Shown here one piece after another: positions 12,170-26,948 of a DNA stretch of 64,000 bases. The DNA is from Octopus sinensis (Eukaryota). Below the pieces are notes generated by a model, which ran no database searches, was not told the origin of the DNA, and saw nothing but the letters and a program-made list of their open reading frames with translations. The translations under genes were made by a program, and so were the position numbers. The stretch is taken from contig NC_042997.1 of the NCBI RefSeq assembly GCF_006345805.1, positions 64,542,001 to 64,606,000 of the forward strand, given 5' to 3'. Every line of letters starts with the position of its first letter. Position 1 is the first letter of the stretch.

Positions 12170-12465
12170 ACTACTACTGCTACTATTCCTACTACAACTA
12201 ATACTTCTACTACTACTATTACAACGACTACGACAACTACTCATACTACTACTGCTACAAAGACGAAGAAGAAGAAGAAGAAGAAGAAGAAGAAGATGAA
12301 GAAGAAGAAGGAGAAGGAGGAGAAGAAGAAGAAGAAGAAGAAGAAGAAGAAGAAAAAGAAGTAGTAGTAGTAGTAGTAGTAGAAGAAGAAGAAGAAGAAA
12401 GAAGAGAAGAGAAGAAGAAGAAGAAGAAGAAGAAGAAGAAGAAGAAGAAGAAGAAGAAGAAGATG
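12170..12465. repeat. (TAC)n followed by a ~200-bp (GAA)n-rich array
   Basis: Direct reading. Confidence 0.95.
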
Positions 12466-13744
12466 AAACTAAAAATAAATTAATAAATAAAACATTATCA
12501 GTAATAATATCACGAAGAAAGTATATTGATAACCAATTTCTGATGTGTTAGACTATATGAATCTTATCCAGTTAAACCTAGTGTACTGATAACAGACTTC
12601 GCACTGCTATAAATATACACGTTCATATATACCGATAAATGTGCATTTGGCCAGATATCACAGTTATAGGGAACAGAGGGGTAATGGGGATAGTGGTGGG
12701 GAGTTCTGTGAGGAAGATATAAAAAAAGAAGTAATATTACAATGATAGAAGTAATATTACAAAAAATAGTAGACGTAGATAATAATGAAACAGACATAGA
12801 ATTTAAAAAAATACATACATGTAATTACATATACATGAATGTAAATAAATATATAACAAAATATATGAATAAATTTAAAAAAGTCGATGAAATATATATA
12901 GATAGAACGGTAAAAAATGTCAATGTGGGACGGGAAATGCATTGTTTTCGTTTGGATTCAAATCACCGTCCGAACTGAGTGTGAAAGAAAAGCAGTTAAA
13001 ATAGGAAATATTAGTACAGTTAGAAAGTATTCTTTTAGGTGATATCAAACGAGATACACTAGATCAGTGTAGACAATATTAGTGCAAAGGTGGAACGGAA
13101 TAATTAGCACAATTAGAGAAGATACAGAAAATAGTTGTTCTTCGGGAGTGTTCAAATTATAAGTGATGTCCTATTCCGAGAAGACAGTGTTTATATTGGT
13201 AGCTGAAGGTATTATGAAAGCACATGCGCCATAGTCAAAGGATTTTCATGAGACAAAGTTGTATTACAGAATCGAAGATTGTGAACTACATATGGCATCG
13301 ATGTAGTAGAGTATGAACATCATTTCAAATATTAGAAATTTGTAGGATAGAGAAGGAAATCAAAGCATAGTCAGTTTAGTTGAGAAATCGAGGAAAGATT
13401 TAGACAGAAACAGAGAGAAAATGGAATGTTACTTTCAATTTATGCTTACAATTAACAACAAATTCTCACAACGAATAAAATTTTGAAAGACTCGCGTAAA
13501 CAGACTGTGCAAGCTTCTCTATCGCATTGTTATTATTTGGCTGAGACTATAATAGACCAGTTACTATGATAACTTTTTTCCTTCGATTTCAAAGTAGAAA
13601 TACAATTTAAAAGAGATATAGATATAATTTCATTCATCATGAATAAATGAATCGTTATGGACAGAAATTATTTTCTTGACCAAGTTTATTGAAGCGACAA
13701 TTTAAAACGGTCTCTTATGAATTAATTTCATATCACAGTATGAC

Positions 13745-14330
13745 AGTATTGGCCAGACTATCAGATGCTGGTCACAAGGCACTTCCGATTGTCTTGATTT
13801 TGTCATATTTTCCATCCTGACGTAAATTGCTTTACCAAATCATCTTTCCATCATCGTGCAGGCTTTCCGAAATCTTGGATACCACTTGGCAATTGCACTG
13901 GTCTATCTGTTGTCTGTGAACCTTGCGACATGTCCAGCTCAGCAGAACGTTTTCTTTCAGTATTCTGCAATCACATCGTTCAATTCCTTCCGCTCTCGAA
14001 TTATCTAATTTCGAATGTATTTTCATAATGACATTCCTAACAGGCATCGTTCCATTGACCTTTGTGTCGTAGGCAATCGATGCTCTATTCACTTCATAGT
14101 AGCCCACGTATAAAAGCGCAGGTATCACAGGGGGCATTTTTGAAGAGCTTGGCACAAATGGAAACTTCTTTAGTTAAAGGCTTTCCATCCACCACCTATT
14201 CTCCCATATTTATTGTGCATCCTAAGTACTCCTTTACCTCCTCGATTTCATTGCCTCCAAACACTATTCGGTCTTGTGCTACGTCTTCCGATCAGATATA
14301 TTTTATTTTCATGCAGTTGACGACGACCAC
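13745..14330 (-). mobile_element. Decayed RTE-clade LINE 3' fragment
   Basis: Frameshifted translation gives IVFGGNEIEEVKEYLG, GWKAF, VIPALLY and AGHVARFTDNR, typical of the RTE RT C-terminus. Confidence 0.85.
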
Positions 14331-14384
14331 GACGACTAGAGTAGTGAAGTATTTAGTGATGCAATGGATGATAAAAATAGCTCT

Positions 14385-14427
<43 letters not shown>

Positions 14428-15599
14428 GTGTGTGTGTGTGTCCAGAACAACAGTTACAAATTAGCTAGATGTCACATAAGCGTCCTAGGAATTAGTAAAT
14501 ATTTATATGTATATATATATATATATATGCGTATACATATACATATATACACATATATATATGTAAATGAATGTATATGAATGATGTATGTGTATGTATG
14601 TGTGCGTATATATGTATATATGCATGTATATATGTATGTACAGTGTAATTTTTCATAGGTCAATCTTCTTTGCTTGTAATCAACCAGCTTGCTGTTCAAG
14701 ATCTGTTATTGGAATAATATGCTTATACGATTGACTCTTTATTGGTAAAGTGTGGCTAGGTAGTTTCATTTTCTTGTGCCTTTTCTATCTTACTCGGTTG
14801 ACTGTAACCACCGTGAATGCTTTCTGCTATGAGGTTTACAAAAATAACACATTTATCATTGGGTTATATTATTATGTTTCACTTTGAACGAAATATATTT
14901 CCAAAGCGATCAAACGTTCCAATATTTGCACTGAAGTAAGGGATTTGCTACGAATGTTATGCTTTATATTTACTCTCAATCAACGGCTATATACCATTTT
15001 TATGTATGGTCTGCAGTTTTTAATCAACAGTGTACATATTTTATTTTCCTCAAGTGTTCTCTGGGAATATATTCTTGTCTACAATTGCACTCTACTTGTA
15101 TAGTTCCCGTGTTAAAAGTGTGCTTTGTCTGAATTTTTGTTCACGATACGCTTATATCTCATTGAAGATGTGAAATACATAAGAATTAATGCAACAAAGA
15201 CCCAAGGGATTTTTATAGATATGTTTAAAAGATGAGGTATGTAACCCTAACGACGGGACTTATAAGCAAAGTAAATAAGTTGCATTTCTACTTTTAGTAA
15301 TAAAATCATTTTAGCATGGAGAGACTGATTAAAGTTCTACACCACTGCTACATAATAAGCAATTAAAAAGAAACTCAGAACGGTATAGGCGTCGCTCAAA
15401 GATCCTATGGGAAATTTATAAAGATTTCTAATATATATGTATATTTGTATATATATATACACGTTTGTGTGCATGTGTATATTTATATAAAGGTATGTAT
15501 ATACATATACTTATATAGATACACACACACACGTATGCGTGTGTATGTATACGGGTGAGTGTGTGTCTATGTAGATGTATGTTAGTGTGTGCTTTTAGT

Positions 15600-15765
15600 A
15601 TGTGTCTGTCTCCCCGTCATCGCTTGAAAACCGGTATGGACTTGTTTATGACCCCATGAATAAGTGATTCGGAAAAATAATCCGATAAAAGAAGCAACAG
15701 GATTCAAAAACTTTATAAATAAATAAAAAATAATATATTTTTTTAAAGTACAGGGTCGATCCTAC
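15600..15765 (+). mobile_element. SINE family A remnant
   Basis: tccccgtcatcgcttgaaaaccggt...gggtcgat resembles the family A body. Confidence 0.45.
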
Positions 15766-15978
15766 AAAACTACCTCAGTATAGCTTCAGTCTAATGAATG
15801 AAAGAAAAGATAATATATTATTTATATGTGTGTGTGTATGTGTGTGTGCGTGTGTGTGTGTGTGTGTGTGCGTGTGTGTGTATACATATATATGCATATA
15901 TATATGTATACATATATATATGCATATATTATATATACATAAACGTATAATAAATATGTAAATAGAAATATATACATA

Positions 15979-16009
<31 letters not shown>

Positions 16010-16916
16010 AAAGTATCTACATATACATACATACATGAGAGTGTGCGTGTGTGTGTTTGTGCGTATTGATGTGTAAGTATGTATATTTTAAGATGTAATG
16101 TTTTATCAAAAATATCTCTGTTTTTTAATAATCCATGCATATCTCGGAAATATTAAATCCCGAATCCAAAAACAAATGCTATACGGGAATACTTAAATCC
16201 TATAAATTGCTTATGGATTTCTTCTCTCATTCCTCTTTGATCCAGAATTGTTCATGTATTTCAGTAAGTGTGTGTGGGATGCATGTATGTGTGTGTGTGT
16301 GCATGTTTGTTCCTTTGCGTTTGTGTATTCGCACTTGTATTTGTACACGGGAATACCTACTATACATCCACGAATACACAGTGCATTTCACACACGACAT
16401 GTAATAGATGGAGCCTAGACATATGTATATAAATTGGGGTACTGAACAGCTCTTGGATTTGGGTAAAAAGAAAAGGAAGAAAGATGAGTTAAATATGATT
16501 TTCTGCAACATATTACCCTCTCAGATACACACAATATTGCACCACTCCTTCAGTTCTTCTAAGCCCTGTAAAAAGATCTCAGAAAATGGGCCTTCAGCCA
16601 GGCTTTCGCGACATCCTTAAAGCCTGAAATATTTCTGCACCCCTCGAACATGCATGCAAACATAAACATAAACATAATTTTTACATATTGTATAGAGCCA
16701 CATAGAATGTCCTTGAATAATTATTTTGATTGTATATTTATGTTAAAGCATATCATACAATATCTTCGAAGCTGTTTTAAGGAGATGTGTATCACTAAAG
16801 ATTTTCGCTTTATTGTCTTTCCATAGAATGGCTTGTGATCTCGGTATTAATGCGATTCAGAATATAACTAAAGATCAATTGCAAAAGGTATTCCTGAACC
16901 AACAGCATCACATTCT

Positions 16917-17251
16917 GAGACCCCATTCGGTCATATTTGACCGTGGGATGGCACCTTGAAAGTTATCCTTCCAGGCACAAGTCCGGGCAAGGCTGTTTAT
17001 GGAAGAACAGCAGTCGCCCATGCATACCAGCCTCCCCTCTTCACGCCACTGATGTTATCCAAGGGAAAGGCAAAGGCCGATACAGCTTGGCACCTGTGAC
17101 GTTGCAACTCATTTCTACAGCTGAGTGAACTGGAGCAACGTGAAATAAAGTGTTTGCTCAAGAACACAACACGCAAACCGGTCTGGGGTTCGAGCTCACA
17201 ACCACACGATCGTAAGTTCGACGCTCTAACCACAGAGTCATGCGCCTTCAC
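16917..17251 (-). mobile_element. tRNA-derived SINE family C
   Basis: Head gtgaaggcgcatgactctgtggttagagcg with A/B-box-like motifs; homologous to 28729-29059. Confidence 0.85.
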
Positions 17252-17541
17252 ATTATATATGTAATAAAAACACAGAATATATCTCATAATAGAGAAATAT
17301 ATGCATACAGAGAGACATATTCACATATCATTATATATATAAAGATAATTATATAGTGATTTTTTAATTATTTGAACATATATAATATATACATATAGAC
17401 GTATACATAATATATATATATACTTAAACATACACATACACACACACACACATACACACACACATGCACACACACATGACACAACACATATATATATATA
17501 TACAAACATTCATACATATATATAAACATACATATATACAT

Positions 17542-17585
<44 letters not shown>

Positions 17586-18052
17586 TATATATATATATAC
17601 CCATACATACATATATGTGTATTTGCGTGTATGTGTCTGTTTACTATTTTGACAAGGTGTGTGTGCGCGTGAGTGTGCACATAGAGTGAGACTGGGTTAT
17701 AATCACTTCTAACAGATGCAGTTACATAAAAATGCATATATGCAAACTGATTTGGATCCATCCAAGCTTACATACGTGAAGTTGTGCTACTCTTACATGT
17801 ATATTAATATGTCGTATATATAAATGCTTTAGGTAATTTTTACCCTTAGAAAGCGATATATATATATATTTGTATTTATATTTATGTATGTAAATAAATA
17901 TATACATAGATATGAATATCTATGCATGCGTGTACGGCTATGTATTTATGAGTATCATTCGATATGAATATCTAAATAAAAGCATGTCCGCATATATGCA
18001 CACACGCACATACATACACACACAAATACACTCACACACACGCACACACACG

Positions 18053-18095
<43 letters not shown>

Positions 18096-18236
18096 CTACA
18101 AAAAATGAAAGAGGTGGGAGAAAGAAAGAATGTATGGAACAGAGAAAGACATAAGAAACACAAGAAAGGATGAAGTTCAAACAGAAAGATGCTTCTTAAA
18201 AAGAATATATCGCATACATACACACACACCCATGTA

Positions 18237-18276
<40 letters not shown>

Positions 18277-18347
18277 TATATAATATATATTTATGTATAT
18301 ATTTATATATATATATTATATATGAGTGTGTGTGTGTGGTGTGTATT

Positions 18348-18516
18348 GTATGTATGTATGTATGTATGTATGTATGTATGTATGCATGTATGTATGTATG
18401 TATGTATGTATGTATGTATGTATGAATGTATGTATGTATGTATGTATGTATGTATGCATGTATGTATGTATGTATGTATGTATGTATGTATGTATGTATG
18501 TATGTATGTATGTATG
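18348..18516. repeat. (TATG)n array
   Basis: Direct reading. Confidence 0.95.
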
Positions 18517-19316
18517 AATGTATATGCAGAAGTAAAGCCTAGTGTTGAAGGGATGGAAAGAAAAATTTAATATGTGGAATTGTATACTCTTACCGAAGTG
18601 GCTTTGGTTGAAAGTAGAAAACACATGAGCACATACACACGCACATGCACAAGCACACACACATGCATACACAGTTACACACTTACAAGCACACTCACGC
18701 ACACACAGGCATGCACAGACACATATATGCACTTAAACATACAGATTCATATGGCGAATGACATTACAACCAAATTTTTTCTCGTTTTTTTTACGTTGTT
18801 CTTTCGATTTGTCTGATTTTTTTCTCTCCCAGTGGTTTTGTCTCTCTCTCTCTCTCTCACACACACTTTATCTATTTCGTCCTCTTTCTTTCTCTCTCTC
18901 CTTCTCTCCTTCTCATTCTGTTACTCCCTCTCCTCTCTCCTTATCTAGCTATCTATGTATCTATCACTATTTTCGTCCTACACGAAAGTTTGCTATATTT
19001 CCTTCTCTGGTTCCTACACATCACAACCCACTGACAAACAAACACCCACACACGCTGACACACACATGGAAAGACACACAACGCACAAGACACACACACA
19101 CACACATACACACATATACACACGTATCCTTGACCCACAACCCCTATAATGTGTATAAATGAAAATGTTTGATCCCGGTCAGATGCCCAGAATCACTTAA
19201 ACACACGTACATAACACCTATATAGAGAGACGCACACGTAGGATCGAACATGAAGGAAAATGCATATATGTATAAATATGAGGGCTTATCCATGTGTCTG
19301 TATGAGTATATGCAGT

Positions 19317-19368
<52 letters not shown>

Positions 19369-19843
19369 TGTGTTTCGTACGTGTGTGTATGCATTCTTTA
19401 TGCCTGTGGATGGACATCTATTGTTTATATTACGAAAAAATATTGTTTGATCCTAACTCAAACGTACACACTTTTCCGCCCTTCACACTACAAACCAACA
19501 GAATCGTCTCGGTCGGTACACGCACGCACACACACAGACACACACTCACTCTCTCTCGCACACATACACACATACCCACACACTCATATACACACCCCTG
19601 TACATATGCATGTACATTTATACACATATAGAGGCAAAGCTGCACATGTGTGTGTACGTGTGTGCGTTTCTGCGTGTGTCTGATTGCAAATCGATAGCGA
19701 ATGAAGAATTACAAAGCAAAAATAATAAATCAAATAGACGTTCACAGTGAATATTTATTATTCCGATGATCCAAGAAAGTTTTAGGAGTATATATACTAC
19801 ATAAACGTAAACATACATGTGCGTGGGTGTGAGTGCATATACA

Positions 19844-19948
<105 letters not shown>

Positions 19949-19994
19949 AATGTATATATATATATATACATACATATATGCATACATATATACA

Positions 19995-20025
<31 letters not shown>

Positions 20026-20066
20026 GTGATTGTATCTATGATCTATGTATATATATGCACACAAAC

Positions 20067-20104
<38 letters not shown>

Positions 20105-20106
<2 letters not shown>

Positions 20107-20269
20107 TTTAACTGGTTTCAGTCACTTGGCTGATTACATACTGGAGCACGAACAAATCGACCCCAGGACATACTCTTTCTAAGTTACGCGGAGATAAACG
20201 CACCAATATCAATCCTCAAGTGACGGTGGGGGGACGAACACAAACACAAAAGCACACTCGCATATGTAC

Positions 20270-20329
<60 letters not shown>

Positions 20330-20490
20330 GTGTGTGTGTGTATAGATTGATAGATATAAGATATACGACGGGGTTCTTTGAGCTTGGTCGGCCCGAGGCT
20401 ATTGTAGAAGATACACGCCCAAGGTGCCACATAGTGGGACTCAACCCTGAACCATGTGGTTTGGAAGCCACCCCTTTATATACATGCCTA
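20105..20490 (-). mobile_element. SINE family A (CORE-like), degenerate and split by (TA)n
   Basis: Shares cccaaggtgccac and ctggagcac motifs with the neighbouring copy. Confidence 0.7.
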
Positions 20491-20577
20491 TGTGTGTGCG
20501 TGTGTGTGTGTGTCTATATATATATTTATATGAATATATGCATATATACATATATACACATATACATATATATATTA

Positions 20578-20997
20578 CTTTTTTTTATTTGTTTCAGTCA
20601 TGTGACTGTGGCCATGCTGAAGCACCGCCTTTGGTCGAGCAAATGGACCCCCAAGACTTATTCTTTGTAAGCCTAGTACTTATTCTATCGGTGTCTTTTG
20701 ACGAACCGCTAACTTACGGGGACGTAAACACACCGGCATCTGTTGTCAAGCGATGTTGGGGGACAAACACAGACACACAAACATATACACATACATACAT
20801 ACATATATATATATATATGTATATACATATTTACGACGGGCTTCTTTCAGTTTCCGTCTACCAAATCCACTCACAAGGCTTCGGTCGGCCCAAGGCTATA
20901 GTAGAAGACACTTGCCCAAGGTGCTACGCAGTAGGACTGAACCTAGAACCATGTGTTTGATTAGCGAGCTACTTACCACCCAGCCACTCCTACGCCT
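20578..20997 (-). mobile_element. SINE family A (tRNA head plus CORE-like ccttgggcaagt), near full length
   Basis: Head aggcgtaggagtggctgggtggtaag; tail cagtcacatgactgaaacaa; homologous to 29881, 40719 and 51148. Confidence 0.88.
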
Positions 20998-21257
20998 ATA
21001 CATAAATATTTCATTATGGAAGTATTTTGACTTTATGAGTCCCTCCTAGCGTGAGACATTTATGTATAGTAATGCCCTTAATATAAATAAATATATATAA
21101 AGGGAATAATTAATAACTTTTCCCTATTTTTTAACGCTAAACTACTTGATAAATTCTTATAAAAAATTTAATCCTATTTGTAAATTATATATATATACTA
21201 TACATATCTATTATATGATATATATATATATATATCTATATATATATATACATATTA

Positions 21258-21333
<76 letters not shown>

Positions 21334-21498
21334 GCATATATAATGTGTGTATGGGTATTTTTATTCATATTGAGAAGAAGCAAGTGTTATAACTCAAGAT
21401 CTGACGGTTTGGTCATTGAAACTTGCCAAAGTTTGTCAATTGGCAATGCACGGAACTCTTGTACCTTGAGCTGCTTTGTTGCTTCTGCTAGATATTAA

Positions 21499-21529
<31 letters not shown>

Positions 21530-22556
21530 ACACACACAGCACAAACACACACACAAACACACACACACACATATTTATATATATATATATCATTATGAAT
21601 GTATATATGGATCGATGGCGACAAACACACGTATATACACTTAAACACGCACACGTACGTATTCATACACCGTACTATGCATACAGGTGTGTGCTATTGC
21701 GGTCAAACAATTTGAGGGATATACACATGCAATTTAATGTATTTAAAATAAAGCAACAATGAACTTACAGGAAAGTCTAACAGCTGATGAAATATATAAA
21801 TATTACCAAGTTAACGAAAGTTCTACTGTAAATCAAGTATTTCTCAATAAGTACACCAGCATGGAAACCCGAAAACCAGCCAAACACTTCAATATTTTCT
21901 AATTACAGTTCAATTTCCATGTTAATTAGTTAGTATATGTATGGCATATATATATAAGCAATAGATATATGATATATATATATATATATATAGATATATA
22001 TAGATATCTATAGACAACATTACATGCATACATATATATATGCATATATATAATATATAGTATATATATATATATAATATTATACACACATATATATGTA
22101 TGTATACATTTATATATAACATATATATATATACATATACATATATACATATATATACATGCACACATATATGTATATACACACACATATATATATATAT
22201 ACATATATGCATATATATGTGTGTATACGTAAATACGTAAGAACATGTAAGTTTATTTATACATCTGTGTGTGTATGCGTGCGTGTGCGTGTGTGTATTT
22301 TTATATGTAATTAAATCTGTGTGCGCGAAGTTAAATGCAACGACTTGCATTTTTGCGCATATCTATGCACAATCACATATAGGCAGGCGGAGAGACAGCC
22401 TGACAGCCAGCCAGACAGTTTTCACACACTACATTATACACACATTTAAAAACAGGTGACAACTAAGATTAAATGACTTTCATTCACCCGTTAAAGCTTC
22501 CAAATAACTCATAAGTATGTGTTTTAGAGTGGTGTATATACTCGCGCGCGCGAGTA

Positions 22557-22598
<42 letters not shown>

Positions 22599-23455
22599 TT
22601 AATATGTGACATATGTGCTTAGAAAGAACTACATGAATGCCGAAAAGACAGTAATTGATACCCACCCACACAATCCTAACTTGCACACATACAGGGACTC
22701 ACACAGATGCGTTGAATCACATACCCTCACTCCGACACAGACATGCACATATATATACAAATATATTTGATTGTTAACATGTAACGTTTACATATAGCCT
22801 TTTACTAACACACACACACATACACACACCCACACATATACACTCACGCACACACACTAATGCACAGAGCTCACACATAAATATGTACGTTCTGTTCATA
22901 TATGCACATACACACACGCATATGGTATTAAGCTATATTTGTTTTCATAGTTTCACAAAAATTTGTTTTTCGTTAGTTGGACGTGACGAAAAACATAACT
23001 TCCCTACATGAGTTTGTGATGTAACAGTCAATGCATTTCTATAAATTAAAAGCGTGTGTGTGTGTGTTTTTATGTGTGTGTGAGGTTGTGCGTTCGTGTG
23101 TGCTTGCGTGCATGTCCGTGAGTGAATGTATGTATGCATTCATATACATGCGTAACTACGTCCATCACTCACTTTCACTTTCTCTCTCTCTCTCTCTCCC
23201 TTTCTCTCTCAATCTTTATGATATTAATATAAGTATGTGTGTGGGTGTATATATGTTTAAATATGTATCTATGTAATATATATATATTATATATATATTA
23301 TATATATATATATATATAATATATATATATATATACACACACATATAGATAGATAGATAAATAGATGCATAGATGATAGATAGTTATATATATATATAAA
23401 CACCTATTTATATACATAAATATAACAACATATATATATATATTACATACAGACC

Positions 23456-23494
<39 letters not shown>

Positions 23495-24434
23495 GTGTGT
23501 ATATGTGAGTGTGTGTTTGTGTGTGTGTCCAAGCATTATATACAACTCTATAAATATATATATGAAAGTCTATATATGTTTGTGAATACATGCAGTGTAA
23601 CGGTAATTGTGTATATGTGTAATATACCAAATATTTGCGAACGATACCACGAAAAGAAATTTTCTTATAGAAACACGTATATCAACGTTAGCTTGTTTGT
23701 GAACGGGTTTTTAATATACATATTTATATATAAACTTTTACTTACTCGCTGAAAAGTGAATTCATGTTTGTATATATTTTAGCAATAACGGTTATATTTA
23801 AAACAAATACTTACCTTACAAAGCAAATGCTCGATCCTTTTTTTATGAAAAGAAAAAAAATGTCTCTGCATAGATGATTTGTTACGTTAACTTACTATTC
23901 CTGTATCTTTGCCATTTGAAAAGCGACATGGTAAATCAACACAGCTTAACTAAAAACCGACCGACAATGCAGCCAGCAAGCCATTCACTGAATCAACCGA
24001 CTAACCAGGCAGCATGCTTTTTACTGAACGTTCCAACCATCCAGTCGAACAGCACGCTGGCAGACTGATAGCTTAGGAAACATAAGAGCAAAGGAAGAAA
24101 CAAAACGAAACGAAATCAGACATGACAATAATTGTTATCCTTGCCATCCTAGAAACAGATCCGAAAAACAAAGCACATAAAATGAAGGCGCACTTGTATT
24201 GTTTTTTTTTTTCCTGAATATACTACGAAGCAGATATTTGAGTATGTGTGTACCGATGTGTCAATATGTGCGTCTGTGTGTGAGTGTATGTGCGTCTGTG
24301 CATGTGTGTACAACCACTCACACGCGCGTGCACACAGACACACAGTCAGATAGATTCACATACGCATACACATATTGTGCGTATAGCTATATGCATATAT
24401 GTATATATTCTGTATCTATCTATCTATCTATCTA

Positions 24435-24481
<47 letters not shown>

Positions 24482-25063
24482 ATATATATATATATATGTA
24501 TATATGTATATATATATTTATATATATATATCGTACTTTATATATGTATATATATGTATATAGTTATATACATATATGTATACATATATATTTATAGATA
24601 TATATGCATGAATATATATATAAATTATATATAATCCATATATATATATATTTTATGTATATATATATACATCTATATATCTGTATATATATATATTTAT
24701 AATATATATATATATCTATACAAATATGTGTATATATATGTATATATAGATATATACATAGATCTATGTAATCTGTCTACCTTATATATAGTATAATATA
24801 TATATATAATTGGCTATATACATGTAATTATTTATATATATTATATATAATGAATATACTATATTATATATATATATATATACATAATGTGTATAGATAT
24901 TGACATATGCACACGCACACCAAGTCACACATAAACACACATATTTATACAACTGTTTCCAAACTTAGAATATAAGTTTCATTCTGTTCCAAGTGAAAGT
25001 AATAATCGAAAGTCTACAAAAAATTTCCCAAGTATATAAACTTATAGATTACTGTGTTGGTGT

Positions 25064-25158
25064 AAATTATGTAATGATTTACCTGTATAAGAAGATCTGT
25101 ATGTATCTCCTCAGGTGATACTCAGATCCTCTTATACAGGTAAATCATTACATAATTT
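25064..25158. repeat. Inverted repeat, 36-bp arms, 23-nt loop
   Basis: 25064-25099 versus 25123-25158, one mismatch. Confidence 0.9.
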
Positions 25159-25733
25159 AATTCAAACTTAACTTTAAATCATTTATACGTATCTGTATGC
25201 ATCGATCATATTATCCATGCATGTATAGTTATGTATCATGTAGCATATATATTATGTATATATATATATGATATATATATATTATATAATATATATATAT
25301 AATAAGAATATATATATATATTATATATTTACATGGATGTTGTAGCATGGACGTCTAAGTTTACTTGTTGGGACAGCAACTGAGTATCACCTGAGTATCA
25401 CCATTACATAATTTGATTTAAACTTAACTTTAAATCCTGTATATACGAGGATCCGTATGTATAGAAACATTTAAAGCGATTGAAAAGATGCCTAACCGTA
25501 CTTACTCTTCCTTTTGACTCTTTTATTTTTTACTTTTTTATTTTCACACACGAGGAATACCTAAGACTAGAATTGGTAGCATACCATAAGAATACTACCG
25601 TCTATTTGGCAGTTGTAAGAGTAAACGAGCTCTATTTGTACGCTTATACGTTCTGTACAGACATACCTCAACTATATACATATATATATATATATATATA
25701 CATAAATAATATATAGGAACATACATACATATC

Positions 25734-25799
<66 letters not shown>

Positions 25800-26024
25800 C
25801 ATATATATATACATATATAAATAGAGGCATATATATATATACATGCACATATATATACATATATGTTATATATATACATATATATATGCATATATACACA
25901 TATATACATTCATATATACACGCATATATGTGTATATATATATATGCATACATATATACATATATATATATGCACGCATATACGCATATATACATATATA
26001 TATATATATATATGCATATATATG

Positions 26025-26200
26025 GGGAGAATTCACAAAAAACAAAAGACGAAGGTAGGTGGTGTAGACAAGAAACAGATGTATTAATTTAATGCTCAGG
26101 AAGTGAAAAAGTCTTTAACGTTCCGAGCATACGCACTTCCACATAGAGGAACACAGATAGAAACAAGGAGAGAAAATTTTAAATGTGTAGTGGCTAGCAT
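26025..26200 (-). mobile_element. PLE-like terminal repeat family 1 with degenerate HHR-like motif (26113-26148)
   Basis: Reverse-complement match to 860-1044 and 55785-55980. Confidence 0.7.
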
Positions 26201-26290
26201 GTATACGTAAACAAAAATACGTAAATTTATTCTTATATACATATACAAAAAACATAAATATATACATACACACACACACGCATATATATA

Positions 26291-26948
26291 CAGTACTGTG
26301 CAAAGTCTTCGGCCACATTAAACTATTGTTAATTTCTACTAATTACCAATTGATAAGAGTAGGTTTAGCATTGTGTTTTTTATAGATGAAACATTGGCGC
26401 TGTTGGAATCATTTGGATATCTAATCATTATATTTTGTAGTAGATATTCTGAATGAAAGTGTAAGGTTTGAGACGACAATCGAAACTGGCCTTGCAAAAG
26501 TATTCGTCTACCTCACATATTCCAATCAAGATACACTCTTTTAAATCAGCAAAATGTCTGTGATAACTTATTACATAATGCTGATTTCAGGAAGTTACTC
26601 TAGATTGTCAATATTTCCCTTGTATTCCCTTAGCTTGGATAATCACTCCAATATGTCTAGGAAGTGACTGAGTTCCCACGACTCTTCAAGATTGTGGTGA
26701 ATTTTCTGACGAACCCTGCTTTTTAGTTCTGTTCAGCATTAGTCGATGATGCTTAAATCAGGGCTCTGAGCTGGCCAACCTTTCACACGGCAACGTCTTC
26801 ATCAGTCAGAGTCTGTTGTGTTGCCTGTATTTTGTGGCATGGAGTTCCATCATGCAATCCACCTTCATTGTAGTCTGGTATGAAATTGTCCTTCAGCAAC
26901 TGGATGTATTTCGCACTATTCAAGTTACCGTCAATTAAAACCGGCGTT
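26291..26948 (-). mobile_element. Tc1-type transposon 3' fragment
   Basis: TA|cagtactgtgcaaagtcttcggccac terminus; decayed LIDGNLNSAKYIQLL...HDGTPCH...WPAQSPDLSII catalytic region. Confidence 0.85.

Noticed and set aside
12950-13450. Possible very old LINE relic (LEKIQK-like string)
   Set aside because: A single weak motif; too decayed to support.
13832-14155. 107-aa ORF considered as a receptor or host exon
   Set aside because: Neighbouring frames give RTE RT C-terminal motifs; it is a frameshifted LINE relic.
16917-17251. tRNA gene calls at SINE heads (also 20997, 29059, 39122, 45148)
   Set aside because: The tRNA-like heads continue into shared SINE bodies and lack a complete cloverleaf.
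21395-21440. ctgacgg...gaaac hammerhead-like string
   Set aside because: A9 is absent, stem II is unpaired and there is no stem I.
22539-22556. tactcgcgcgcgcgagta palindrome (Z-DNA-prone)
   Set aside because: Only 18 bp, and largely explained by a short CG repeat.
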